From the NCBI GenBank assembly GCA_964252035.1, contig OZ176202.1: a stretch of DNA of 64,000 bases. The stretch is one strand, 5' to 3'. This document shows, piece after piece, positions 37,549 to 49,910 of the stretch. A program made the position numbers and the translations under genes. The number at the start of each line of letters is the position of its first letter. Position 1 is the stretch's first letter. The DNA comes from Podarcis erhardii. Lineage: Eukaryota. Below the pieces are notes generated by a model that saw only the letters and a list, made by a program, of their open reading frames with translations, did no database searches and was not told where the DNA came from.

Positions 37549-40500
37549 GTCAGGATAAGTACTCCAGTACAAGAAAGTCTTATGGTGACCTTCCTCCTGC
37601 CAGCCTTAAGCCAAAGCAGCCCTCACGCCAGCCACGCCCAGCCTCAGATGGCATATTTCTTTCCAACTCATTCCAGCCATCCTCAGTCAATGCCAACAGT
37701 ACTGCTTTCAAAACGAGCCAGCCCCCTCCCCTACCAAACAAACCGAGTTTCATCAATCCCAGCAGCTCAAAAGGTAGACGCAAAATTTTAATTAAGAATC
37801 TTTTCTGTATGAAACTCTCTCCACATTTCCCGCTATGGTGTTCTGAACAAAATCACTTCATGATTATATCTCACTTGATCACTGTCCTAAGCATGGTGGT
37901 CCGACTTCAGTGCTGATGTGCTACTGTAAATCCTATTTTTAAATGTGTGTGGTCTTTCCGTTTTCTTACCAAACTCTCTGTAATTCCTACTTTCATATAA
38001 TGAAAGCAAAGTGATTTTTTTTATTGAAAAAAATCCCTATCCAACCAGCTAAAAGTACTGTTGGTTTTGGCTTTTGTTCTGTATCTCTTTTCAGCTACTG
38101 TTTCTGATTTTCACTGGGTCCATGGTGCTTTCACATTTCTGAGCCACATGTTTCTCATGATAATAGGACATGTGTGTCTGGTTTGTTAATAATGGGAAGA
38201 TGTTTTCCTTCTGCTTATTTGGCATGTATCTCATGTGCAAATGGCTTTAAGAGTATACTACCCAACAACAGTATTTGAAATGTTAGGTGTATATTTGAAA
38301 ATTCAGGGGGGGAGAGGTAAATTAACTTACAAGCAATATCAATAAGCATATATTGATGCTTCTAGCACTGGTTGCCTAGAGTTGAAGCAGAAGCCTATTT
38401 TTCCATTTCTAGTGCTTCCTCCCTAACTTTCTCCCATAAGTTACTTTTCCTGACTTTATTCTCATTAGCATAAATGAATAAACCTAATAACCTTGGCAGA
38501 AAATAGTTCCATTATCTGCAGAGCACGACAATTCTAGTGTAAAAGAATTGGGGTGCCACACTGACAGAAGGGTGTGGTTGGTTTAGCTTTTGATAATTAG
38601 GAAGAGGAAAACCAATTTATTAAAACTCTTACTTTTCTAGGTATTCTCCCAATTTAATTTTGGTAAGCGGGGCTCTCTGAATGTTTTGCCCTTTAAACCA
38701 CCATGCGTAGTGAGACGCAGGAGGCCAGCAAGGCTTCTTCAATTGCTTTTAATGTTATAATAGCAGTAACCCAAAATAGAAACACACTCACTGATGTTAT
38801 GTACTTCTTTGAGTACCAATAGGAAACCTATTTTTGAACCTCCAATTTATGTGAACTGGTTACTATATTGCTATGTAGCCACCACACCTGTCTCTATTTA
38901 TGTTACACAGCGCTCACCTACCACATACACTGTAAGAGTTGAGTGCAAACTTAATTAACAAATAGGTAGATATAATATTTGCCAAAATGAGGGATACAGT
39001 ATTCCAGCCCTGATGCCATTTAATAAAAATGAATTATTAAAGTACTTTTTTGTACTTCCTCTACTGGTACTAATTTAACAAAAACTGAACACATCTGCTT
39101 GAGTAATTTAATTCATGCAAATGATCAGTTGCCAAGTTCCAGAATAAAATTTGTTTCAATATTATAGTGTACATATAAATACTTAATTTCAGCCTGAAAG
39201 TGGTCAGTTGGTGGCCATCTTTTTCTAATGGTTGACAGGGAGTCAGTGTAGCACAACATAGTTGTTCCAAAAAATACTGCTAATCTTAATCCTTACCCAA
39301 CCCTTTTCATATTTGTGAGAGGCAGCTACATCTTCCAATAAACTACTAGCATCACATTTTAAGATACAAATAAATGTGGGTACATTTTGGTAATACTGAG
39401 GAATGCTATGTAATATTCTTCACCTTCATTTCAGCACATTTTTAAAAGCCTATAAAACAGGTCACACATTTCTCTTAAATGTTTAGTCAATACTGCCTGC
39501 ATAAAATACAAAGCTCTTTGCACAAATGAAGAATTCACTATACAGCTTGTCATCTCACCATCTCACTAACACATTTCTGTCCTTTAATGAACACTACTAA
39601 CATATGGCAAATTGTGCTTCTGCAAAACTCCAGTTCTTAAGCTCCTTCCACTGGATCATTTGGAATCACTTCAAACATTGGTGGTCACAAATTTGGGAAT
39701 AAAGCTTGATCAGCCTTGACTAAATATACAAATGTAGGTTAGGTGCATTTTTCTGCTGTGCAGATCTTTCAACATTGAAAAAAAAAAGTTTTTTGGCTTT
39801 AAAATTTGGCAGAGGACAGAATAATTGTTTGTTATAAATATTTAGTTAACATGCATGGTGGATTCTCTGAATTTTTATTCAGACTGCATTCTTAGTTTAT
39901 TGGAGAATCTATAGAGTTGAATTAAAAATACTATTGGAAGGAGCATGCATTTGTTTTTGTGTAGATTAAGGCTCACAAGACACAACACAGATTATCAAGA
40001 GACTTAAAAAAATATCAGTGGAAAACGGACAAGGATTTGTGGCGACTCTAGTGTTTTTCTTAACAGAACAAAAAGCAAAAGTGAGGGAGACCTTAAAATG
40101 TGGGCATGGTGTTGATATTTCACATATAAATTATGTGTTTTGTCTTGTGGCCTTTGGAGAACATCAGTCTACTTTGTGGGAATTTTATGTGTGAGAACTA
40201 AATATAAAGGTGCAGTGCTGTAAAACATATAGAAACTTAGAGAAAGATAGGACAAATTCCCCATCTCTGAATATATTCTATAAAATTACTAAATAATTTT
40301 GCAGCCTTAGAATACCAGAAAAGAATATATTCTTATATGTCATAAAGCTGGTCAGTGGGTAATATTTAAGCACAAAAAAGCAATAATTCTAGTTCTTTGC
40401 CCTCCCTTGAAACTGGAGAGATAATAATCTTGCACCACAGGATGCTTAAATTCGTAAGCTTAATTGGGGTTTAAGCAGTCTAACTGCATACTGAATTTCC

Positions 40501-40839
40501 ACATTTCAATCTGGAATTCTTAGTTGATTTTGTTGCTTTGTGATGATCATTCAAATGTGCATTTGATTTGATTTTATCACAATCTTATTTAAAAAGTAAA
40601 GTCTTAAGGCAAAAGCATTTGACAATTATTTGTTTTAGTAGGATATGTCTTTCATTTTAGTAATCAAGAGAGAAGTGTATGCTTTGAATCATCTTAAAGG
40701 ATAGAAAGCACAGATTGAGCCATCTTACTCTATCGAAAAAGCACTGCAGCTTTGTGTGTGTTTGTGGTGGTGGGGAGTAATATTGCCTTGTGGCACTGAA
40801 CAGATATTTCATTTGGCCTTGTACTTTTTCTTGCATAAG

Positions 40840-40921
40840 GCTCAAACTACACTGGATCTACTGGAGCAATTGCAGGCCCACATGAACCCTTCCGGGACCT
40901 GAGAGAGAAAAAAGCAAAAAG
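40840..40921 (+). CDS. AFDN: Afadin penultimate exon (G)SNYTGSTGAIAGPHEPFRDLREKKAK(S)
   Basis: ataAG acceptor, AG|GTGAAA donor; 82 nt, phase 1 to 2; aligns with human GPNSYPGSTGAAVGAHDACRDAKEKRSK. Confidence 0.88.
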
Positions 40922-41533
40922 GTGAAATGAAAAATGCCTTAAATAATAATGGTGAATGTATGTAAGCAGTTTATGTAATCTTGGTTTGAATATTAGATAG
41001 TTGAAGTCTCAAAAGCGTTTGAACATAAACTTTGTAGTCCCTCCTGTTAAAGGAAATTATTATTTGAAACTTAGAGAATGCCTGACATTTTCTAAATGCT
41101 ATACATTTATGTGTAAGAACTAAATATAAAGTTGCATTGCCATAAAACATAGCAACCCCTGCAGCTAAGCTGGTATTGCTCTGCTTTCCTTTGGACCAAA
41201 TCAGTGAGGCTGAAAGGGGGGTTCTTGTCATCTGGGCAGGCCAGGAACTCCACACACACTGCCCAGGTTTGCTCCCCCAAAGAGGTAATTTGAGTGCTGC
41301 TAATGTAGTGGTTTGACTTCACCCCCAGGGGCGCACTCCATTGTCTCTCAAGACAGGCAGGTGTAAACAACCATACATTTGTCAAAAGATAAGACGGCCT
41401 GTGTCCACAGCCTCACTACAAAAGGAAAAAGGAGACCGTGGTAAAATCATTCCTCAAGAAACCTTCCCTGAATTCAGAAAATCTTAAGTAATTACAAGCC
41501 AGTGGCCAGTCTCACCTTCTTGGGCCAAGGTTC

Positions 41534-42390
41534 TTGAGTGGGATAGTCACAGACCAGATCCAGGCACTTTTGGAGGAAACTTATTTTCTAGATCCATTTC
41601 ATTTGGGTTTTAGGCCCTGTTTTTTTGCCCTGTATGATGATATCGGTTGGGAGAGTGACCTTTCAGCAGCTTTTGATACCATTGATCATGTTATCTTTCT
41701 GCAGCAGCTATCCCAGTTAGGGGTGGGTGGCACCGCTTTGTGGTTCTGGTCCTACTTAGATGGTCTCTTCCAGAGAGCAATACTTGCGTAGTGTGCTTCA
41801 GTCCTGTGGAGCCTTCAATGTGGGGGTTTCTCAGGGTTCCATTTTAACCCTCATGCTGTTTAACATCTATATGAAGCAACTGACTGGGGACATCTGGAGC
41901 TTTGGAGTACGGTACATTGTCAGGAATATGCTGATGAAACACAGCCCTACTTTACTACATCTGCAGATGTGGCAGTGGATGTGTTGGACCGTTGTCTTGC
42001 CTTGGTAATGGACTGGATGAGAGCCAACAAACTGAAGCTCAGTCCGCATAATACTGAGGCACTGTTCCTTGGCCAGATGGATGGGAGATTGCCTGCTCTT
42101 AAAGGGGTTATACTCCCTTTGAAGTAGCGAGTTTCATAGCTTGGGAGTTCCTCCTGTTCCATTGCTTCCACTTGAGGCTCCGGTGGCCTCAGTGGTGCTG
42201 AGTTCCTTTCACCAGCTTCAGCTGGTGGCCCAACTCTGTCCCTATCTGAACAGGGATATCTATGGACTTTTAAACTCTGGAGAGGGTCATTGGTTTGTTT
42301 GTTTTTGTCGCTATACTATGTATTATTGTGTTTTTATATTATAAGCCACCCTGTGATCTTTGGATGAAGTATAGAATTTTTAATAACAAT
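41534..42390 (+). mobile_element. Degenerate L2-clade reverse transcriptase remnant
   Basis: Broken frames with DLSAAFDTIDH, GVSQGSIL, LFNIYMK; (AAT/AAC)n tail. Confidence 0.85.
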
Positions 42391-42699
42391 AATAACAACA
42401 ACAATAATAACAATAATCTAAAGTATGAACTAATTTTGTATAAAACATTGTAGCAGTCTTTACAACAGCACTGACATTTGTACATAATCTGATACAACGT
42501 GGACAAAATTGTCCGTGCAAAAGTAAAGACTAACAACCCAATCCTAATCTGGTTTACTTGGAAATAGGCTTCTTTTATTTCTATGGGATTTACAAATACA
42601 TATGCAAGTGATTGCAGACCCCAGCTAAAAAATATGCAAAGCATCTAGATTTCTGGCAATGTAATACTTCTGTAACATTGAGATTTTTTTTCTTTGCAG

Positions 42700-42844
42700 T
42701 CAAGATGCAGATTTACCTGGTGCACCAGAAAACTTGACTTTTCGGGAACGTCAGAGACTCTTTTCCCAGGGTCAGGATGTGTCCAACAAAGTTAAGGCAT
42801 CTAGGAAATTAATGGAATTGGAAAATGAATTAAACACAAAATAG
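42700..42844 (+). CDS. AFDN: Afadin last coding exon QDADLPGAPENLTFRERQRLFSQ...ENELNTK* (F-actin-binding C-terminus)
   Basis: ttgcAG acceptor; TAG at 42842-42844; matches l-afadin C-terminus. Confidence 0.97.
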
Positions 42845-43651
42845 GATTAAAGGCACCTTATGAAACATAATCCGAAGAATATCTGTGGGACTAGGGAAGG
42901 GGCTGTTCAAGAAGGAAGAAGTGTCCTCTGACAATTGAGATGGAATCTCAACATCTGGATGGTTGAGATTTAGATATGTTGCAATAGCAAGAAAAACATT
43001 TTTTCCCCAAGAGCTTGTGTTTATACAATGAAAGCACTGTAAAATGTATTTTAATTATATGAATCAAGTGTCATTATGTCCTTTCTCCACACCCTTTCCT
43101 TTCTTTGAGGGTTTAACTACTTCTGCAAAGGTCCTGGGTCACACTTACTGAAGAATTGTTGCTTCCTTGTCTTACAAAAAATACTTTGTTAGCTGCTAAA
43201 CAGAAAAAGTGGCTATAGCTTGAACTGCCTAAACTAAACTCTGCACTGGCTTCTTGCACTCTAGATTGTTTGATTCAAAGTATGAGGTGGTAAACAGTTT
43301 ACTAGCATATCACTGAAAACTTGTGGTTCGAGTCTGGGTTTCCTTGGATATTCTCTTGCAGTAAAAACAGAATTGAATACTCTGAAACTAAAAGGGCTGT
43401 GTTAGCACATTTAATCATTAGACACAGAGTGATATCTCTATATTCATACAGTTACGGGGACATGAAATACTTGACTTGATTTATATTGGTGGCAGTCCAG
43501 TGATGTGATAAAACCTGCACCCTGGATTTTCCAGCTCTTCTTCCTTCATCACTACACTTGAGCTGTAAACCACTTTTAAAACTTGAGTTGTGAAATCCTT
43601 GGTAAGAGCTGAAGGAAGAGATTGGTAAAATATAGATGGACGCATAGGAAT

Positions 43652-43652
<1 letters not shown>

Positions 43653-43692
<40 letters not shown>
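43653..43692. repeat. (GT)20 microsatellite in AFDN 3'UTR
   Basis: Direct reading. Confidence 0.95.
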
Positions 43693-43695
<3 letters not shown>

Positions 43696-44799
43696 TGTAG
43701 ATTGAGAATACAGTGTTTTAAAACTATGTAGAAATTCCAGACTTAAGCAATAGGGAATAAGTTTCTTCTGGTAGCTCCCGTTGTAGCTGAGACAAAACCA
43801 AAGTTAGATGTTAAAAGGACTAGAAGATTTCCAGTACTAATAGATAGCATATTAAGTACTACTTGCAGAGGGACATGGTTACTATTACTGTGATGAGAAA
43901 CATGAAAGTATTGTCTGCCAAAAATAGTTTTACTGCAGTGGCCTGGCAGCACATCACTTGGTCTTTCATGTTGAGAAGTGCTAGTCAAGCAGCCTTTGGT
44001 TTACTAGCATCCTCTTTCTATATATTGTAGAAAATATTGGCAGTTCAAGCTATCTTTCACACTATTGCAGCATTATTTAATTTTTAAGCAGTTGAAATCT
44101 TTTTTTCTCCCACTGTTCCTGTATGGCTGATGTTGAGAATAAGGACCTCATTAGAGTTTGTTTCTCATTGTGTGATGTTTAAAACAATATATTATATTGT
44201 GATTCTAAGCAAATTTTCTATTTGATAAAGCCCTTAATTGGGTTTTAGATGATTTTTCTGTATAATATGTTATCTTATAAATATATATTTAGGGAATTAT
44301 GCACACTTCCAAATGCAGAGGGTAGACTTTCACTGCCTTAGAAATCACTTTTAATAAGAGTTGTATGATAAATAAATGCAAGTTAATGATATTAAAATTC
44401 GAGTGTAAATATTTTTTTTTACATATTTCAGGTTTCTTATTTGAAAGTGTGCTTTTACCGTTCACCTGTTAAATATGAAGTAGGAGATGAAATTGGTTGA
44501 AAGTGTTAATGAAGGATTTGCATGCTTGCTATATCTGTTAATCAGGAAAAGCAAGCCTCCCCCAATTTATCTTGAGAACACTAGATAATCTGTGGCTGGA
44601 ATACTGTTGCTGCTAGAACCTAAGCAAGGAAATATCACTTACCGTGGAGTGGATTTGACTGCTACTGGGCATTCAGGCCACATGTGAATATGAGTAAAAG
44701 TGCTTTTCATAACTGTCTGTGCATTATTATGAAAAAAAAGAAACATCAAAACTGCTGTAGTTTCCCATTTCTACTGTATTTCACTTGCAACCTATTTTT

Positions 44800-44805
44800 A
44801 ATAAA
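44800..44805 (+). terminator. Candidate main polyadenylation signal of AFDN
   Basis: AATAAA followed by U/GU-rich sequence, ~1.95 kb after stop. Confidence 0.6.
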
Positions 44806-45035
44806 CTTTGTATTGTATTTAACTTTGCACTGCATAATGTCTGTATCAAGAGTATTTGTTCAAACCACAAATGTCAATATCTAATTATTTTGTTACACAT
44901 TTACCTAAAATATAATCAAAGACACAAAGTGCGTAATTGAATTTTAGCTTTAGATAATGCTATAGAATCTATAGCATAGTATAGATGAATATCTGTTCAG
45001 TAAACTAGATTGGAAGTGAGCTGGTTTTGCCACTT

Positions 45036-45384
45036 AAAGGTAAAGGTGAAGGGACCCCTGACCATTAGGTCCATCGTGACCGACTCTGGGGTTGCGGCGC
45101 TCATCTCGCTTTATTGGCCGAGGGAGCCAGTGTACAGTTTCCAGATCACGTGGCCAGCATGACTAAGCCGCTTCTGGCGAACCAGAGCAGCACACGGAAA
45201 CGCCATTTACCTTCCCGCCGGAGCCGTACCTATTTATCTACTTGCACTTGGATGTGCTTTCGAACTGCTAGGTTGGCAGGAGCAGGGACCGAGCAACGGG
45301 AGCTCACCCTATCGCAGGGATTCAAACCGCCGACCTTCTGATCGGCAAATCCTAGGCTCTGTGGTTTAACCCACAGCACCACCC
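45036..45384 (-). mobile_element. Full-length Sauria SINE just downstream of AFDN
   Basis: aaaggtaaagg tail to ...acccacagcaccaccc head; near-perfect 13-bp TSD ttttgccacttaa/tttttccacttaa. Confidence 0.95.
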
Positions 45385-47073
45385 TTTTTTCCACTTAAGA
45401 ACTTGTAAAATACCAAATTATTGGTTTACATATTAGAGCAGGGGTGGGGAACAGGGTAAAGCAAGTGGCCAGGTCCTGGGTTCCTTAACTGTCTGCGAGC
45501 TATATTGGATGAGTGAGTTCTGCCCACCTGTCAATCCCCTGGTGTCACTGTCATTTTTTCCCCATTTGTAGCATGACAAGCTGCACCACAAAAGAAAGTC
45601 CAGGCCCAGCAAAGTGGGCTTAAAGTTACCACTGATAGGTGCAGACTTCAAGCTCTACTTTCTACTGGGATTAGCTCAACTGCAGAGTTTCTCATGGTGA
45701 ACTCTATAGTGCAGCCAATCTCAGCTAGCGGGCTCACAGTGCCAGTCAGCTAATTGACAAGGGAGGCTTGCCAATGCATAATGAAGAGGGCACTTTAAGG
45801 CTTCTGATGTGCATTGGCGGCCACATCTCCACCTGTCCCATCACCTGACATCATATAATGACATCAGGTGTTGTGTAGGTGGCCACAGTTGAAGAAACTG
45901 GCCTCACAGACCAAATTCTGCTGGACCTAATAAGGCTCATGGGCTAAAGGTTTCCCACCTCTGAATTCAGAGGTGGGAAATTCTTATATACAGCATATTT
46001 AATTGCAGTTTGGCTGTAAACCAGGGGTGGAGACTAGGGAGCCTCCTACTCGCAGACCAAATTTGGCCTTCAAGGCCATTTTTCCTGGTGATATCAGCTG
46101 AGGTACTTTGTCCTTCAAGCAAGCAAGGGACAAGCAAGTGGAGAGAATATTAAAGGAGCCAGTACAATATGCCTCAGTCTCTTTCTTTCCCCCCATCCAA
46201 TGCCTGGTTCAAAGAAGTGTTTTAAGGAGGTCCATGCTCAGATGGAAGAGTGGGGAATGACTTGAAGCTAACAGTGTTTGAGGCAATCTCTACCCACACA
46301 TACGGTAGATAAAGATAGCTCTGAACTGGAGGTTCTAAGAATCGGCATGGGACAGGCTTTGAAAGCAGGAGGGATTTCGGCAGGTGAGCGGGGCAACCCA
46401 CATCTCGTGTGACTGACAGGTGACTTGTTCGCATCCACCTGTCCAAGTTAAGTCCACCACTGAAAATTTTCATTTCAGATAATAAGTGTGTGCACATCTT
46501 TGGACAGAAAGTATGGGAGAAGCTATAGGGGCTTCAGGGCAGTTATTATCAAGCATTGGGAGTTACCAAGAAATTTCTACTCGTAGTTATCTAGTCTCAA
46601 TAAAAGATAGAATCTGGGAGATCTCAAAGTGCTGGAGGATCTTAAGGTAGAAACAAGCTCCAAGATCCACATAAACTTAAAGTCATTTTTATGCACATTT
46701 AAATAACCCAGCAGGCATAAGAAAGAAGCCTCTGGCAATCTAAAATGTGTAATCTCTGACAGGCTGTTTCATTCCTAGTTAGTTCTGTGATACAGATTAG
46801 TGCTTGCCTAATTACGATCTTGTTTTATGCAGAACTCAGTGCTACACTCTCATGCCTACCCAAGGTTCCTGATCTAGGCTTTAGGAACGGGAGGTGTGAA
46901 ACTAGCCCCCTCTGCCTCACATTCTACTCATTCCTTTATCAACTTCCTGGCTGGGCTTAAGCTTTTGCTAGAACGAGGGGAAATCCGAACTGAACAAGCG
47001 CGGAGAAGAATCCTCTTCTCATTGTCCTGCTACCTGCCCACTGCCAGCTATTGCTCAAGGGGAGGGGTTGAAG

Positions 47074-47205
47074 CAGGCACAGGCAAACACCTCCAGGTGT
47101 TTTGGGACTACAATTCCCATCATCCCTGACCCCTGGTCCTGTTAGCTAGGGATGATGGGAGTTGTAGTCCCAAAACATCTGGCGGGCCGAGTTTGCCTAT
47201 GCCTG
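47074..47205. mobile_element. 132-bp hAT MITE (fold-back) upstream of KIF25 promoter
   Basis: TIR caggcacaggcaaac...gtttgcctatgcctg; 8-bp TSD ggttgaag/ggttaaag; ~34-bp internal stem; degraded relatives near 6715, 33530, 34420, 57680. Confidence 0.85.
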
Positions 47206-47339
47206 GGTTAAAGGATTGCGAGCCTATTTTGCCTAGTTGAAATAAAGAGAGGAAAAATGCAGGAGGCAGCTGCTTCCTCTCGCTTTGCAGGCACCACCCT
47301 CCTCATTATATTTTAAACACAAGTATTGACAATATCCTT

Positions 47340-47790
47340 GAAATGCAAACACTGCTCCGGCGCGGCCGATACCCCTCTCTCTGCCTACTAGGCAAAGGGT
47401 CTCCGCTGGAATCACCAGCAGAGAACTCACAAGCAGCTTCTTTAATCCCCACTCGGCTGAGTCCCTCCCCTTTCCAAGCCCGGCCAATCGCGACGCACTC
47501 CCTTCCCGGAAGCGGAGACGAGTAACCGTGGCAACCGCGGCGAAGCTATGTCCTTGGCTGCAATTGGTCGATTCAAACGGGCCTGCCAGAAAGAGTGCGG
47601 CAGGGAGAAGAGGCTTCCACCCCACCCCTCCTGGACCAGCAAACTTGCAGGATGCGGCCCGGGGATGGGATAAGCCTGAGCTTTGCGTCGCAGCAGCGGA
47701 TCCGGCAGCTGGAGCAGAAGCTGCGCGTGAGTGTCTGGGAAAGGGGTGCTTGGCAAGGGCGAAACTGCTCCGGCTTAGAGGGGGGGGGGT
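47340..47790 (+). promoter_or_regulatory. CpG-rich promoter/first exon of KIF25 with CCAAT (47484-47488), ETS/GABP CCGGAAG (47506-47512) and RFX X-box (47522-47535)
   Basis: High CpG density relative to flanks; motifs read directly; in-frame ATG at 47652 with A at -3. Confidence 0.8.
47652..47726 (+). CDS. KIF25: Kinesin-14 (KIF25) coding exon 1 MRPGDGISLSFASQQRIRQLEQKLR
   Basis: ATG in Kozak context within CpG island; CGC|GTGAGT donor; phase 0. Confidence 0.75.
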
Positions 47791-47935
47791 GACCAACTTG
47801 TCCTTGTGGGTAATACACCCTGGGTTTAGCTCCATCATCCCTTCCTTCCTTTCTTCTTTCCTTCCCTCCCTCCCTTCTTTTACATAATAAATATCGCAGT
47901 GAGTTGAGAGAGGGCAAGAACTCCTGCCTGCATAA

Positions 47936-48350
47936 TGCCGGATTTACTTATAAGCTAAACAAGCTATAGTTTAGGGCCCCACTCTCTTGGGGGCCCCCCA
48001 AAAATTTAAAGGGAAAAACAACTGCATGTACGTTTCCAAAATATAAAAACAAACTTTTGTTATTGCCAAACGCCAATGTGTTTGCATTATTAAGTTTGTT
48101 ATGAATAAAAAATCATTTTCAGTTAAAGATTAATAATACTTTCACTATTAATATACTTCTTCTTAATTGTATTTCAGTTCAACAATTACTTTGATGAAAT
48201 ACATATTTTTTATATGCAAATGGCTTTAGATATCTATTAGGTCCATAAATTACCATATAGCATATTATTCAACACAAAAAACAGCAACAATTTGTTGTTG
48301 ACAAAGGACACCTGGACATATAAAGGGCCCCGTTACCTTCAGTAGCTTCA
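47936..48350. mobile_element. Probable non-autonomous DNA transposon fragment in KIF25 intron 1
   Basis: gccggatttac...tttagggcccc left end; gggcccc.ttaccttcagtagctt right part; right terminus missing. Confidence 0.5.
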
Positions 48351-48551
48351 GTGTCTGCCAACGCAGACACATTTTGTGGCCACTGAACAGGCTCAGTCCT
48401 TATTGGGTTAATACTGTGGGGTGCCTCCTTAAAGGTCCCCCCCAAAAAAATATTTTTTTGTACCTGTCTCTTTGGGTCCCCCCTGGGCATTTTGATACTT
48501 CCTTCTTGCTTTCAAATGACCCTCTCTGGACTACACTGTTGCTGGCGGACT

Positions 48552-48672
48552 CATAGAATCATAGTGTTGGGAGGTACCCTGAGGATCATCTAGTCCAACC
48601 CCCTGCAATGCAGAAACATGCAGCTCATCACACTTGCAACCTTAGCATTGACAGCACCACGCTATCCAGTCA
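48552..48672 (-). mobile_element. Second Squam3-like SINE copy (degraded)
   Basis: catagaatcatag tail + gatcatctagtccaaccccctgc. Confidence 0.65.
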
Positions 48673-49844
48673 GTGGCTTTGTTCATGATTGGAAGAGGTA
48701 ACGCTTTGAAGGGATTCACGGTTCCTCTAGCTGTAGTTAGTGTGCTGCTCACACAACTGTTTCATATAACATATTGAGTGGAGAGTGAGTTTGCACTTGT
48801 TGGTAGTGCCCTCTTCACACTGATCTGCGCAAAGTTTATGTTCATACAAGCTGTGTGCATAGACTCTCCTTGTGTGATCTGCACCCTGCTTGATGAAGAT
48901 ATTCAGTATCTGCAGGTCAGGAAGCTGGGCAGCAGGTGCATTCCTCTTCCATATGTTAAGGGGATGTGGTATTTCTGTGCAGAAAGGACTCGTGGAAAGT
49001 CTTCGCAACAAGACCCCAGTATCATGCCAAACACTTTTGGAACAAGGACGTGCACATTTCAATGCGATTCTGACATCTTTTGGACAGAGACAATGAGGAT
49101 GAGCACACTTTTCCCTACCCCATTCATGTATGCTTTTGAAGTTGTTACATTTTAAATACACAAATGAATGGATATTTCCTCTTTGGAGTAGAACTGAACA
49201 AATCTGCTGGCAATCTAATCTATTCCCTTTTGTAATCCCTTCATATTTTCTGGGGCTACCATTCTAGAATCCTAAAGGGCAATGCAATGGGGCCCATTGA
49301 GGCTATTTTCCATACTTCCTTCTCCAATATGTTGTACAGTTGCCAGTGGCAGTTCAGAAATAATATTACTGAAAAGGGGGCAAGCACAAAGGTGGATGCA
49401 ATGATGGCACACACATTTTTATAGGGAAAGATTTTTAATAATGATTTAGAGCTGTTGTGATTTTTCTTATTAAAATGTTCTGCGAAAGTAGTGACTTAAA
49501 TCAATGCAGAATAATACTTGGCCCCTGTCTTAAATTGTTTCCATGTTACAGGTGTCAGTTAACCCCCCCCCCAAATACTCCCTTCCCAAATTGTGTGATA
49601 AGAGCTAAGCTTTAAACTATATATCAAATAGCTGATTTGTAGTGATTACCAAAGGGTTCCTCATACAAATTGTCCCTGAGGCAAGGATGACCAGAGAGTT
49701 TGGTGTATTGTAATGTGTGGCTTGGCTCTTAGAGTGAGAAACAGATACAGTTTGGGATCGGAGGAGTTGCTTGCTGTAAATTAAATTGGCTTCTTGTATA
49801 ACTTACTTTATCCATTTAAGTTCAGGCTTATCATGTTTTCCCAG

Positions 49845-49910
49845 ACAAAGCAAGAACGGATCATAGTGCTAGAAACAGAAAATGCCCTTCTGCATCTCAA
49901 GCTTGCAAAA
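49845..49910 (+). CDS. KIF25: KIF25 exon 2 TKQERIIVLETENALLHLKLAK (coiled coil)
   Basis: ttcccAG acceptor, AAA|GTAAGT donor; 66 nt, phase 0/0; heptad pattern. Confidence 0.82.

Larger units (their letters stand above)
42845..44830 (+). other. AFDN: AFDN 3'UTR (approximate end)
   Basis: AU-rich sequence after stop; AATAAA at 44371-44376 and 44800-44805; Pumilio element TGTAAATA at 44404-44411; (GT)20 at 43653-43692. Confidence 0.7.

Noticed and set aside
12921-45384. Inverted pair of Sauria SINEs as a circRNA driver
   Set aside because: The minus copy lies beyond the likely AFDN polyA site and 32 kb away.
47233-47917. Several 60-201 aa ORFs on both strands at the CpG island
   Set aside because: Expected in GC-rich sequence; only 47652-47726 has a Kozak ATG, a donor and continuity with downstream exons.
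48727-49161. 125-144 aa ORFs in KIF25 intron 1
   Set aside because: No recognisable domain and no convincing splice sites in frame with KIF25.
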